A stretch of DNA of 64,000 bases. Source: Spirochaetia bacterium. Its GTDB lineage: Bacteria > Spirochaetota > Spirochaetia > SZUA-6 > Bin103. Shown here in pieces: positions 8,190 to 17,122 of this stretch; the first letter of the stretch is position 1, and every line of letters begins with the position of its first letter. Made by a program: the position numbers and the translations under genes. The stretch lies in assembly GCA_965203055.1 (NCBI GenBank), contig OZ241863.1:3744001-3808000 (forward strand), written 5' to 3'. The notes below the pieces were generated by a model. That model was given only the letters and a program-made list of their open reading frames with translations. It was not told the origin of the DNA and did no database searches.

Positions 8190-10236
8190 AGCCGGTACCG
8201 CATGGCCGCTCCGTTCGGAGCACTCCGGAACACTGCTGCAGCTGCGCCGGACGATAGCAAACAGGCGATCGTTTACCCTCTGCTTCCTGACCTATTCCGA
8301 CAGCACCTATCGCGACATCGTGGCTGCCTTTCTGGCCGACCTGCTGGGGGCGCGGCTGCGCGTGACCATAGATCGTGATATTCGGATCGGCACCGAAGAC
8401 CTGTTCGAACGCCTGAGCGACCCGGCGCACGACGGTCCGGTACAGGTCAGCGGCCTGGAACGGTGGCCGGAAGGTCTGAATAACCTGTTGCAGCGGTTGA
8501 ACTATCGCCGGGAAGCGTTGGCCGCGCGCTGCCGGCGTCCGTTGCTAGTGTGGATTCGGAACCGCGACGTGACCGCGGTAGCGACCGGCGCCGCAGATCT
8601 CTGGGCTTGGCGTTCCGGGGTGTTTGATTTCTTGCTGCCTGCGTCTGCCGATAGTGTCGATCCCCTGCCAACGAGGATGAATCTTCTTACGGCGAATGAA
8701 TCCAAACGCCGCGAACGTCTGGATGAATTGCAGCTATTTTTCGAGTCACGCTCGCCATTACGGCCAGTGGACGTCGACTTGCTGCTTGAGCTCGGCGACT
8801 TGCAGCGATCCATCGGCCAACCGGACGAGGCGGAGCGCTCCTACTCGCGTGCCCTTACGGAGCTGTCAAGCATGGACGACCGCCGGCGTCGGGCCACCGC
8901 TCGGGGGCGGATAGCCGACCTCCTGGAAACCCGAGGCGAATTGGACGAGGCACTGCGCATCCGCACCGACGAACAACTACCGGTCTACGAACGTCTGGGA
9001 GACGTACGGTCGCTAGCTATCACCAGGGGCAAGATCGCGGACATCCTGCAAACCCGCGGCGAACTGGGCGAGGCATTGCGCATACGTACCCAAGAGGAAC
9101 TCCCCGTTTACGAACGTCTGGGTGACACCCGATCGCTGGCTATCACCAAGGGTGAGATCGCCGACATCCTGCAAATGCGCGGCGAACTGGACGAGGCTCT
9201 CCGCATACGCACCGAGGAACAACTGCCGGCATTCAAACACCTGGGGGACGCACGCTCCGTAGCCATTACCAAGGGCCGGATCGCCGACATCCTGGAGCCA
9301 CGCGGCGATCTGGACGAGGCGCTGCGCATCTATACCGAAGAACAACTGCCGGTGTTCGAACGCCTAGGGGACGCGCGCTCCGTGGCCGTCATCAAGGGCC
9401 GGATCGCCAACATCCTCCAGGCGCGCGGCAATCTGGACGAGGCGCTCCGCATACGCACCGAGGAACAACTGCCCGTCTACGAACGTCTGGGAGACGTACG
9501 GTCGCTGGCTATCGCCAAGGGCAAGATCGCCGATATCCGGCAAACCCGCGGCGATCTCGACGAGGCGCTGCGCATCTATACCGAAGAACAACTGCCGGTG
9601 TTCGAACGCCTAGGGGACGCGCGCTCCGTGGCCATCACCAAGGGCCGGATCGCCAACATCCTCCAGGCGCGCGGCAATCTGGACGAGGCGCTCCGCATAC
9701 GCACCGAGGAACAACTGCCCGTCTACGAACGTCTGGGAGACGTACGATCGCTGGCTATCGCCAAGGGCAAGATCGCCGATATCCGACAAGCCCGCGGCGA
9801 TCTAGACGAGGCGTTGCGCATACGCACCGATGAAGAGATTCCTGTTTACGAACGTCTGGAAGATTTGCACTTGCTGGCCATTACCAAGGGCCAGATCGCC
9901 GACATCCTGCATATGCGTGGTAACCTGGGCGAAGCGCTACGCATACGCACCGATGAGGAGATCCCCGTCTACGAGCGGCTCGGTGACGCGCGATCGCTGG
10001 CCATCACCAAGGGTCAGATCGCTGACATCCTGCAGGCGCGCGGCGATCTGGATGAGGCGCTGCGCATACGCACCGATGAGGAGATCCCCGTCTATGAGCG
10101 CTTGGGTGACAAGCAATCGTTGGCCGCGGCCAAGGCGCAAGTCGCGCAACTCCGGCAGGCGCTCTCACGAACCCGCGAGACGCCGCCCCGGACGAGCAGG
10201 GCGGCAGCGGATACCCCTACCCCGGCGCGTGGATAG
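8182..10236 (+). CDS. TPR-like repeat protein with an N-terminal degenerate (inactive STAND-like) domain
   Basis: Overlaps the ATPase stop. N-terminal LNYRRE...PLLVW...ADLWAWRSGVFDF segment, then ten 41-aa helical repeats. Confidence 0.8.
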   Translation: MSEAGTAWPLRSEHSGTLLQLRRTIANRRSFTLCFLTYSDSTYRDIVAAFLADLLGARLRVTIDRDIRIGTEDLFERLSDPAHDGPVQVSGLERWPEGLNNLLQRLNYRREALAARCRRPLLVWIRNRDVTAVATGAADLWAWRSGVFDFLLPASADSVDPLPTRMNLLTANESKRRERLDELQLFFESRSPLRPVDVDLLLELGDLQRSIGQPDEAERSYSRALTELSSMDDRRRRATARGRIADLLETRGELDEALRIRTDEQLPVYERLGDVRSLAITRGKIADILQTRGELGEALRIRTQEELPVYERLGDTRSLAITKGEIADILQMRGELDEALRIRTEEQLPAFKHLGDARSVAITKGRIADILEPRGDLDEALRIYTEEQLPVFERLGDARSVAVIKGRIANILQARGNLDEALRIRTEEQLPVYERLGDVRSLAIAKGKIADIRQTRGDLDEALRIYTEEQLPVFERLGDARSVAITKGRIANILQARGNLDEALRIRTEEQLPVYERLGDVRSLAIAKGKIADIRQARGDLDEALRIRTDEEIPVYERLEDLHLLAITKGQIADILHMRGNLGEALRIRTDEEIPVYERLGDARSLAITKGQIADILQARGDLDEALRIRTDEEIPVYERLGDKQSLAAAKAQVAQLRQALSRTRETPPRTSRAAADTPTPARG
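8935..10164 (+). repeat. Ten tandem 123-bp coding repeats (G[END]L[DG]EALRI.T.E.[LI]PV[YF]ERLGD.RS.AI.KG.IA[DN]I....R)
   Basis: Counted from the translation. Units 4-5 and 6-7 are nearly identical at DNA level. Confidence 0.9.
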
Positions 10237-10240
10237 CTAG

Positions 10241-10936
10241 CTACCTGAGTTCGGCGGCGGTTTGGAGCTGGGCGGCCGGTTCCTGGCCGAGGCGGCCGCG
10301 CCAATGCCCGGCAAGTATTCGGTTGCGCGCCACGCACTGGTCCACGAGCCGCGGGGCCAACTCGCTGCTGAGCAGGCCGTACCAGTCGCCGGCCGGGTAG
10401 GCGATAAGGCATCCGGCGAAGCGGTGGCCGCCCACGTGGCTGGAGCGGCGCACGGTCACTTGGTGGAGGCCGCGTTCCGCGAGCTCCCGCTCGACCGCGG
10501 CGGCCAGCTCCGGCCCCTGGTCGCCGCAACGCTGGTCGCGCGCGGCATGCACGCATACGAACAGATGGTGGCCGGTGAGCGGCTCGCTGATGAGGCGAGT
10601 CGAAGTCCTGCCGCCCAGCAGATGGTCCTCCACCAGCGCGGCAAGGTCCGTCTCCGGGCGGTCGGCGCCCACGGCGCAATAGCGCACCATGTCGGGGAAC
10701 ACCAGCACGTCGTGGCCGCGCGCGGCCGTGTTGCCGGTAGCGGCGGTGACCTTGACGTCACCGAGGCGGTCAGCATGGTCCGCAACCGCGGCCAGCAACG
10801 CGCCGGGCAGGCCATCCGCCTGGTCGAGATGCGACGGCCAGTCGGCCTGGGCGGTGAGCACCACCACGTGGCGCCGGTACAGCTTGACGGTGCCGGCGAG
10901 CTGCTCCTCGCCGGCGCCGTTCTGCAGGTCACTCAT
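10241..10936 (-). CDS. Sucrase/ferredoxin-like (Apd1/Aim32-type) thioredoxin-fold 2Fe-2S protein
   Basis: CVHAARDQRCG and SHVGGHRFAG (C-x8-C...HxGGH), followed by YP..DWYG. Confidence 0.8.
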   Translation of the reverse strand: MSDLQNGAGEEQLAGTVKLYRRHVVVLTAQADWPSHLDQADGLPGALLAAVADHADRLGDVKVTAATGNTAARGHDVLVFPDMVRYCAVGADRPETDLAALVEDHLLGGRTSTRLISEPLTGHHLFVCVHAARDQRCGDQGPELAAAVERELAERGLHQVTVRRSSHVGGHRFAGCLIAYPAGDWYGLLSSELAPRLVDQCVARNRILAGHWRGRLGQEPAAQLQTAAELR

Positions 10937-11047
10937 CGGCAACAAGTGAGCCGGCCGCGCCGCTTCCTGTCAATGGCGCGCAACGGCGGTATCCTGGGTC
11001 ACCAGTTGCCGCGCCACGTGCGCCGGCCGCGATGGAGGCGCCCGCCG

Positions 11048-11971
11048 ATGGCCGATCATCAGTTCGTTCCCACCACGTATCACACCACGCTCGGTCCGCA
11101 TGACCCGGTACTTACCATCGAATCGGGCGATCGAGTTGCCACCACCACCGTAGATGCCTACGGCTGCGACGCGGCGGGAGACGAGGTCACCCCCGCCGGC
11201 AATCCTCAGACCGGGCCGTTCCGGGTAGCCGGCGCCGCGCCGGGCGACACCCTGGCGGTCCACCTGGAGTCGATTCGCCCCAACCGCGCCCGCGGCTACA
11301 CCAAGAGCTGGGTAGCGCCCAACGTGCTCGATCCCGGCTCGCCCACCCTGCCCGCTGACCTGCCGGAGCGCATCGAGTGGGCCGTAGACGCCGGCGCCGG
11401 CTGCGCCGCTCCCTTGGAGGTGCCCGGCCTGGAACGCTGGCGGCTGCCGCTGGCGCCGATGATCGGCTGCTTCGGCGTGGCCCCGGAGCGTCAGCAGGCG
11501 ATCTCCGCCGCCACCTCCGACCGCCACGGCGGCAACATGGATTGGAACGGCTTCCGCGCCGGCGTCACCGCCCTGTTTCCGGTGTTCGAGCCCGGCGCCC
11601 TGTTCTCCCTCGGGGACGTGCATGCCGTCCAGGGCGACGGCGAAATCGTCGGCACCGGCATCGAGATCTCCGCCGACGTGGTGTTCCGCGTCGAGTTGCT
11701 CAAGGGCCGCGCCATCGGCTGGCCGAGGGCGCAGTCGCCGGCCTTCATCGCCGCCCTGGGCAACGCCCGTCCCCTCGACCAGTGCGTGCAGCACGCCACC
11801 ACCGAAATGCTGCGCTGGCTGGCGGAGGACTACGGCCTCGACCGCCACTTGGCCCACGTCGTCCTCGGCCAGGCCGCCGGCTACCAGCTCGGCAACATGT
11901 TCGACCCCGCCTACACCATGGTCTGCACCCTCGCCAAGCAGGTACTCAATGCCATCACCTCCGGCGCCTGA
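11048..11971 (+). CDS. Acetamidase/formamidase family protein
   Basis: NPQTGP...GAAPGDTLAV, PMIGCFGVAP, HGGNMD and GDVHAVQGDGE motifs. Confidence 0.9.
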   Translation: MADHQFVPTTYHTTLGPHDPVLTIESGDRVATTTVDAYGCDAAGDEVTPAGNPQTGPFRVAGAAPGDTLAVHLESIRPNRARGYTKSWVAPNVLDPGSPTLPADLPERIEWAVDAGAGCAAPLEVPGLERWRLPLAPMIGCFGVAPERQQAISAATSDRHGGNMDWNGFRAGVTALFPVFEPGALFSLGDVHAVQGDGEIVGTGIEISADVVFRVELLKGRAIGWPRAQSPAFIAALGNARPLDQCVQHATTEMLRWLAEDYGLDRHLAHVVLGQAAGYQLGNMFDPAYTMVCTLAKQVLNAITSGA

Positions 11972-11996
11972 ACCCGCAGCGCGCACAGACTGCCGC

Positions 11997-12027
11997 TTGC
12001 AAACCGCCGTCCCTATGGTGTTATGCT
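11997..12027 (+). promoter_or_regulatory. Candidate promoter of the AAA/DUF3226 cassette
   Basis: TTGCAA upstream of an extended -10 TGtTATGCT. Confidence 0.4.
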
Positions 12028-12063
12028 GCAATCGATCCCAGATCGTTTCGAGGGACTAAGCAC

Positions 12064-13071
12064 ATGCCAAGCGAAAAAAGCCTGCACCTTCCGCAGCTAG
12101 CGATAAGTGGGTTCCGCGGTATCAACGAGCTCTTGATTCCACGGCTGGGCAGAGTGACGTTGCTTGCTGGAAAGAACAGCGTCGGAAAGACGACCGTGTT
12201 GGACGCCGTTCGCGTCTATGCATCTCGGGGCCGCTACTCCGTCCTGCGCGACCTCTTGCGGGACCGGCAAGAGCTCACCGAATCAACCGATCAAGACGGG
12301 GACATCTCAGTTGACCTCGACTGGATGTCTTTGTTCCATGGTCGGTATTCGAAGGTGCAAGGAGAAATCATCATCGGCCCTAACGACGCAGAATATCACC
12401 TCGAGATACACGCGGCCGACACATCTCTACATCACGCTGACCCTACAGTGACTATCAAGCCTATATTTCGGAATAAAGAAGATAAAATGCCACCATCAAT
12501 GACCTGTGAATATCTGGGACCGGGTAGGTTAAACGAGGGCCAAATGTCACATCTCTGGGACAGTGTCGCACTGACTGATGATGAGAACCGCGTACGGAAC
12601 GCTCTTGATTTGGTTATAGGAACAGATGTAGTAGGTGTCGCGATAGTAGGAGAATCGAGGTCTGTGAGAGGAGCCCGTCGCGCGATTGTCAGACTGAAGA
12701 GCCAAGATCATCCAGTCCCATTAAAGAGTCTGGGAGATGGTGCGGTACGGCTGTTTGGCGTTGCGTTGGCGTTGGCTAACAGCCGCGGAGGATTTCTGCT
12801 TATCGACGAGGCCGAGAATGGCATCCACCACACTGTTCAGCGAGCCCTCTGGACCATGATCCTTCGTGCGGCACACGAGAATGACGTACAAGTGCTGGCC
12901 ACGACACATAGTTGGGATTGTGTGAGAGGCTTTGCCCAAGCTGCTACGGACTTCGAACACGGCGAAGGTGTTCTGGTCCGTCTCGAACGAGACAACGGAG
13001 AACTGCGGGCTATCGAGTATTCAGAAGAAGACCTCAGGATTGCGGCAGAGCATGGCATCGAGGTGAGGTGA
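12064..13071 (+). CDS. ABC-type AAA ATPase (AAA_15/AAA_21, OLD/AbiEii-like)
   Basis: ISGFRGI, Walker A GKNSVGKTT, signature LGDG, Walker B LLIDEAENGIH, ATTHS. Lower GC than the flanks. Confidence 0.85.
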   Translation: MPSEKSLHLPQLAISGFRGINELLIPRLGRVTLLAGKNSVGKTTVLDAVRVYASRGRYSVLRDLLRDRQELTESTDQDGDISVDLDWMSLFHGRYSKVQGEIIIGPNDAEYHLEIHAADTSLHHADPTVTIKPIFRNKEDKMPPSMTCEYLGPGRLNEGQMSHLWDSVALTDDENRVRNALDLVIGTDVVGVAIVGESRSVRGARRAIVRLKSQDHPVPLKSLGDGAVRLFGVALALANSRGGFLLIDEAENGIHHTVQRALWTMILRAAHENDVQVLATTHSWDCVRGFAQAATDFEHGEGVLVRLERDNGELRAIEYSEEDLRIAAEHGIEVR

Positions 13072-13072
13072 G

Positions 13073-13687
13073 TTGCTCAATACTGACGCATCATCTCGCG
13101 TATTGCTAGTCGAGGGCACCGACGACGAACACGTTGTCAGACATTTCTGTCAACGTATCGGATCGATACCTCTCTTTCAGATAATTGACAAACGGAGCAT
13201 AAGGCCTCTCCTCGATACGATCAGGCTGGAGGTCCGGGCTCCCGGACGAGAAGTACTAGGCATATTGGTAGACGCTAATGACCGCCCGCAGGATCGCTGG
13301 CGAGCAGTCGCTGATCGATTGCAACGAGCTAACGTAGCAACGCCCGACAAGCCCGATCCGGCAGGCACGATCATCGACAGCGCACCGCGTGTCGGCATCT
13401 GGTTGATGCCGAATAATCAGGAGTCGGGCGAACTGGAAGACTTCGTTGCCAGGATGATCCCAACGAACGATACCGTGTGGCCGTTGTCGGAGAAGTACGT
13501 CAACGGCATACCGAACGACGCTCGCAAGTTCAAGCCGGGCAAGACTCTCAGAGCCAGGGTTCACTCCTGGCTTGCCACTCGGGAGGAGCCGCGGAAGATG
13601 GGAGCGGCGATCGGGGCCGGAGATCTGAACGTTGCCGCGCCGGAGGCGGTTCGGTTCGTGGAGTGGCTGCGGCGGCTCTTTGGTTGA
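13073..13687 (+). CDS. DUF3226-like TOPRIM-domain protein
   Basis: LLVEGTDD, GILVDAND and GIWLMPNN..GELEDF motifs. Starts immediately after the ATPase stop. Confidence 0.75.
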   Translation: MLNTDASSRVLLVEGTDDEHVVRHFCQRIGSIPLFQIIDKRSIRPLLDTIRLEVRAPGREVLGILVDANDRPQDRWRAVADRLQRANVATPDKPDPAGTIIDSAPRVGIWLMPNNQESGELEDFVARMIPTNDTVWPLSEKYVNGIPNDARKFKPGKTLRARVHSWLATREEPRKMGAAIGAGDLNVAAPEAVRFVEWLRRLFG

Positions 13688-13703
13688 GCCGGCGAGGCTA
13701 CTT

Positions 13704-14615
13704 TCAGGAGCGCGGTTTGCGGAGGTCTTCCAGCTCGTCGACGCTGCGCGGCCAGTCGGACTTGAGCAGGCGGGACAGGGAACGGTCGGCGAGCAGCTTG
13801 CCGCCGGTCTGGCAGCGCGGGCAGTAGTTGCTCTCGTTGTCGGCGTAGACGATGCGCTGCACCGGAGTGGCGCATACCGGGCACGGCTGCCCGTACTTGC
13901 CGTGCACCGCCATGCGCGGATGGAACGCGGTCACCTTCTTCGGGAATGCCTCCCCGCTCTCGGCGCGCAGCAGCTCCACCCACTCGCTCAGCACGGCCAC
14001 GCACGCGCGGCGCAGCGCGTCGATCTGCGCGCCGGTCATGCGCTGAGTGAGCTGCAGCGGCGACAGCCCCGCCCGATGCAAAATCTCATCCGAAAAGGCG
14101 TTGCCCACCCCCGAGAACAGACGCGGGTCGGCCAGCGCGCGCTTCAAGGTGTGATTCTCCCGCAGCAGCGCCTCGCGGAACGCCGCGGCGTCAGCTTCCA
14201 ATATCTCCAGACCGCCGCGCTCGTGTTCGGCCATCCCATCGGCCCCCGCCACCAGGTGCAGCGACGCGCGCCGCTTGCTGCCCGCTTCGGTAAGGACCAG
14301 GGTGCCGCTATCGAACTCGAAGCCCGCCAACCCGGTCTTACGCGGCATCCTGGCCGGCGCGGCGCCCTCCTGCCAGCGCAGGCGCCCGGCGACCATCAGG
14401 TGGATCACCAGGAACAACTCATCGCTCAGCGTGAACACGATGCGCTTGCCAAGGCGCTCCACGGCTTGCACCTGCTTGCCTGCGGCAGCGCTGATCGGGG
14501 GCGCGTAGGAACGCAGTACGAACGGGCTGGCGATGCGCACGCGCAGCAGCGCGCGGCCCACGGTGCGGCGCCGCAGATGCTCCACGTATACGGTTATCGA
14601 CGGCAGTTCAGGCAT
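13704..14615 (-). CDS. Fpg/Nei family DNA glycosylase/AP lyase
   Basis: N-terminal MPELP, RLGK, HLMVAG, H2TH GVGNAFSDEIL, C-terminal zinc finger CPVC...CPRC. Confidence 0.92.
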   Translation of the reverse strand: MPELPSITVYVEHLRRRTVGRALLRVRIASPFVLRSYAPPISAAAGKQVQAVERLGKRIVFTLSDELFLVIHLMVAGRLRWQEGAAPARMPRKTGLAGFEFDSGTLVLTEAGSKRRASLHLVAGADGMAEHERGGLEILEADAAAFREALLRENHTLKRALADPRLFSGVGNAFSDEILHRAGLSPLQLTQRMTGAQIDALRRACVAVLSEWVELLRAESGEAFPKKVTAFHPRMAVHGKYGQPCPVCATPVQRIVYADNESNYCPRCQTGGKLLADRSLSRLLKSDWPRSVDELEDLRKPRS

Positions 14616-14721
14616 GGTTCCGCAGCGCTTCCTACTGCCGGCAGGCTACGCTGCCGCGGCGCGCTCGCCAAGCGCGGCGCGGCGGCGCCCGGGCGATGCG
14701 CCTGTGCTATGCTGAGCGGCG

Positions 14722-15759
14722 ATGAAAGCTGTCGTCTACAACGGGCCTTGGGACATGGAAGTGGTCGATCTGCCGGCGCCGGAGCCGGCGGCCGGGGAAG
14801 CGCTGCTGCGGGTGGACACGGTCGGCATCTGCGGCAGCGACGTGCACGGGTTCACCGGCGAGAGCGGGCGCCGCACCCCCGGCATGGTGATGGGCCATGA
14901 AGTGAGCGGCACGGTGGCGCGCCTCGGTCCCGGCGCCGACGCGCCGCCGGCCGGCACCCGGGTGGCGTTGTACAACATCATTGCCGACCACGCGCCGAGC
15001 CCGGAGGAGGGCGACCCCTCGTTCCTCAACAAGCAGGTGGTGGGGGTGAACCTGGGCCGGCGCGGCGCGATGGCCGAATACCTGGCCGTTCCGACCGCCA
15101 ACCTGATCCCGCTGGCGGAGGGGGTGCCGAGCGAGGTCGGCCTGCTGGCGGAGCCGTTGGGCGTGGTGCTGCACGGCTGGCACCGGCTGGAGGAGCGCAA
15201 CGTGGCGCCGCGGCGGGTGGCCATTCTCGGCGCCGGCACCATTGGCATGGCGGGGGTGCTGGTGGCGCGGGCGCGGGGGGCGGAGCAGGTCGCCTCCCTC
15301 GACACCATCGCCGCCAAGGCGCAGCGCGCGGGGGAGCTCGGCGCCATACCGGTGCCGATCGCCGCCGGGGAGGCGCCGGCCGCCGCCCGCGCCGCAGTCA
15401 CGGCCGCGCTTGGCGATGCCCCCGACGTGGTGATCGACGCGGTCGGCAGCCGCGGCTCCTTTGCCGGCGCGGTGCGTCTGGTGGCCGAGGGCGGCACGGT
15501 GCTGGTAATCGGCAACCTGGCCAAGGAGGCGCCCCTGCCGCTGCAAGACCTGGTCAGCAACGAGTGGACCCTGGTGGGAACCTACGCCTTCGACCGGCGC
15601 GCGTTCACCGACGCGGTAGCGCTGCTCGGCCAATTGCAGGGTGAACTGGCCGGCTTCATCGAGGCGCGCTGTACCCTGGACGAGGTGCCGGCGATGATGA
15701 CCGCGCTGGCGAAGGGGGAACGGCAGGCCCTCAAGGTGGTGATCGACGTCGCCCGCTGA
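14722..15759 (+). CDS. Zn-dependent MDR alcohol/sugar dehydrogenase
   Basis: GICGSD, GHE and GAGTIG motifs; the structural-zinc cysteines are absent. Confidence 0.88.
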   Translation: MKAVVYNGPWDMEVVDLPAPEPAAGEALLRVDTVGICGSDVHGFTGESGRRTPGMVMGHEVSGTVARLGPGADAPPAGTRVALYNIIADHAPSPEEGDPSFLNKQVVGVNLGRRGAMAEYLAVPTANLIPLAEGVPSEVGLLAEPLGVVLHGWHRLEERNVAPRRVAILGAGTIGMAGVLVARARGAEQVASLDTIAAKAQRAGELGAIPVPIAAGEAPAAARAAVTAALGDAPDVVIDAVGSRGSFAGAVRLVAEGGTVLVIGNLAKEAPLPLQDLVSNEWTLVGTYAFDRRAFTDAVALLGQLQGELAGFIEARCTLDEVPAMMTALAKGERQALKVVIDVAR

Positions 15760-15780
15760 CAGCGCGCGCTGGCCGGGCTT

Positions 15781-16506
15781 CTACAGGTGCTGTAGCGGGT
15801 GCAGGGCCATCAGCGCGATCATTACCGGGAAGGCGGGCAGGAAGTTGGCGGTCTTGAGCCGGCGCAGGTCCAGCAGGTTGATCCCGATCATGGCGATCAG
15901 GACGCCGCCCGCGGCGCTCAGCTCCGCCAGCAGCGGTTCCGTTACCAGTGGCCGGAGGGTGCCGGCGAGCAGCGTGAGGCCGCCTTGATAGAGCAGGATC
16001 ACCAGGCTGGCGAACGCCACCCCGACGCCCATGGCGGCCGCCAGCAGCACCGCCATGAAGCCGTCCAGCACCGACTTGGTGAGCAGCAGCTCATAGTCGC
16101 CTTCCGCGCCGGCCTGGAACGAGCCCACCAGCGTCATGGCGCCGACGCAGAACAACACCGACGAGTTCAGGAATGCCGCCGCGAACCCCCGCCGTCCCTC
16201 GACGCCCCGGCCACGGCCGGCCGCGCGCCGGCCGGCCGGCAGCAACCGATGCAGGCCCTCGCCAAGTCGCGTGATGCCGGCTTCGATCTGCCACCACTCT
16301 CCCAGCAGCCCGCCGATGGTAATCGCCAGCGCCAGGTACACGATCTGCTGTGACTCGAAGCTGAGGCGAAACCCCAGTACCAGCGTGACCACGCCGATGC
16401 CGCTGGTGACGACGCCGCGGAACCGCTCCGTGATGAAGCGCCGCAACAACAAGCCGGCGGCGGCGCCCACCACCACCGTAACGGCGTTGATATAGGTCGC
16501 GATCAT
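15781..16506 (-). CDS. DUF554 (YqgA-like) membrane protein
   Basis: SVLFCVGAMTLVGS...KSVLDG, YQGGLT and KTANFLPA motifs. Confidence 0.88.
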   Translation of the reverse strand: MIATYINAVTVVVGAAAGLLLRRFITERFRGVVTSGIGVVTLVLGFRLSFESQQIVYLALAITIGGLLGEWWQIEAGITRLGEGLHRLLPAGRRAAGRGRGVEGRRGFAAAFLNSSVLFCVGAMTLVGSFQAGAEGDYELLLTKSVLDGFMAVLLAAAMGVGVAFASLVILLYQGGLTLLAGTLRPLVTEPLLAELSAAGGVLIAMIGINLLDLRRLKTANFLPAFPVMIALMALHPLQHL

Positions 16507-16576
16507 GCCTCTTTCAGCAGGTTACGCGCGCCTGATCCAACGCCGCGCCGCTCGCCTGGTATCGTGCGTACCGGAA

Positions 16577-16903
16577 TCAGCGGATCCCTACTGCCGGAGC
16601 CAGTGCGACCGCTACTTCTACTTCAACCATCGACACCGTGGTTTCCAGTTCCGGGCCCGCGTGGCCGTGTTCATTCAGGACTTCACTGTGATACGTCATC
16701 GCTTCCCCTATTGACCGTCGGGGCTCGGGTACCGGGTCGCCGTTGTCCATCAAGCCTTCGAGGTGGAACCCGATTGCTGCGCGTATGTTGTCCCGAATCT
16801 CGCGCCAACTGACGCCGGTGCTGATGCAGCCCGGCAGATCTGGAACATAGGCTCCATAATTGTTAGGCGTCCGTTCATATACCACGGCATACTTCAGCTT
16901 CAT
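16577..16903 (-). CDS. hicB: HicB family antitoxin
   Basis: YAVVYE...YGAYVPDLPGCISTG...AIGFHLEGL..G.PVP. ATGA overlap with hicA. Confidence 0.9.
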   Translation of the reverse strand: MKLKYAVVYERTPNNYGAYVPDLPGCISTGVSWREIRDNIRAAIGFHLEGLMDNGDPVPEPRRSIGEAMTYHSEVLNEHGHAGPELETTVSMVEVEVAVALAPAVGIR

Positions 16904-17100
16904 TCATCCCTCTCTCTGAGTCCTGCTTGCCTCAGCACGCTCAGCCACATGGCCGGAGACAGATCGTCTCCCGGTTTCCCGGGAATGGTCACGGTTCCGG
17001 CTTTCTCTGCGTGATGGTATTGCCGGTGGCTGCCGCGCGTCCGCACCTGCCGCCAGCCGTCTCTCTCCACCAATCGGATGGCGTCCCTGACCTTCCGCAC
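16900..17100 (-). CDS. hicA: HicA family mRNase toxin
   Basis: DGW...RGSHRQYHH...VTIPG...L..VLRQAGL, 66 aa. Confidence 0.9.
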   Translation of the reverse strand: MRKVRDAIRLVERDGWRQVRTRGSHRQYHHAEKAGTVTIPGKPGDDLSPAMWLSVLRQAGLRERDE

Positions 17101-17122
17101 GTTCCGCTCCGGCGCCGGACGT

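Noticed and set aside
8935..10164. CRISPR array or DGR template/variable repeat
   Set aside because: The units are contiguous in-frame 123-bp coding repeats without unique spacers, and no cas or reverse transcriptase gene is in the window.
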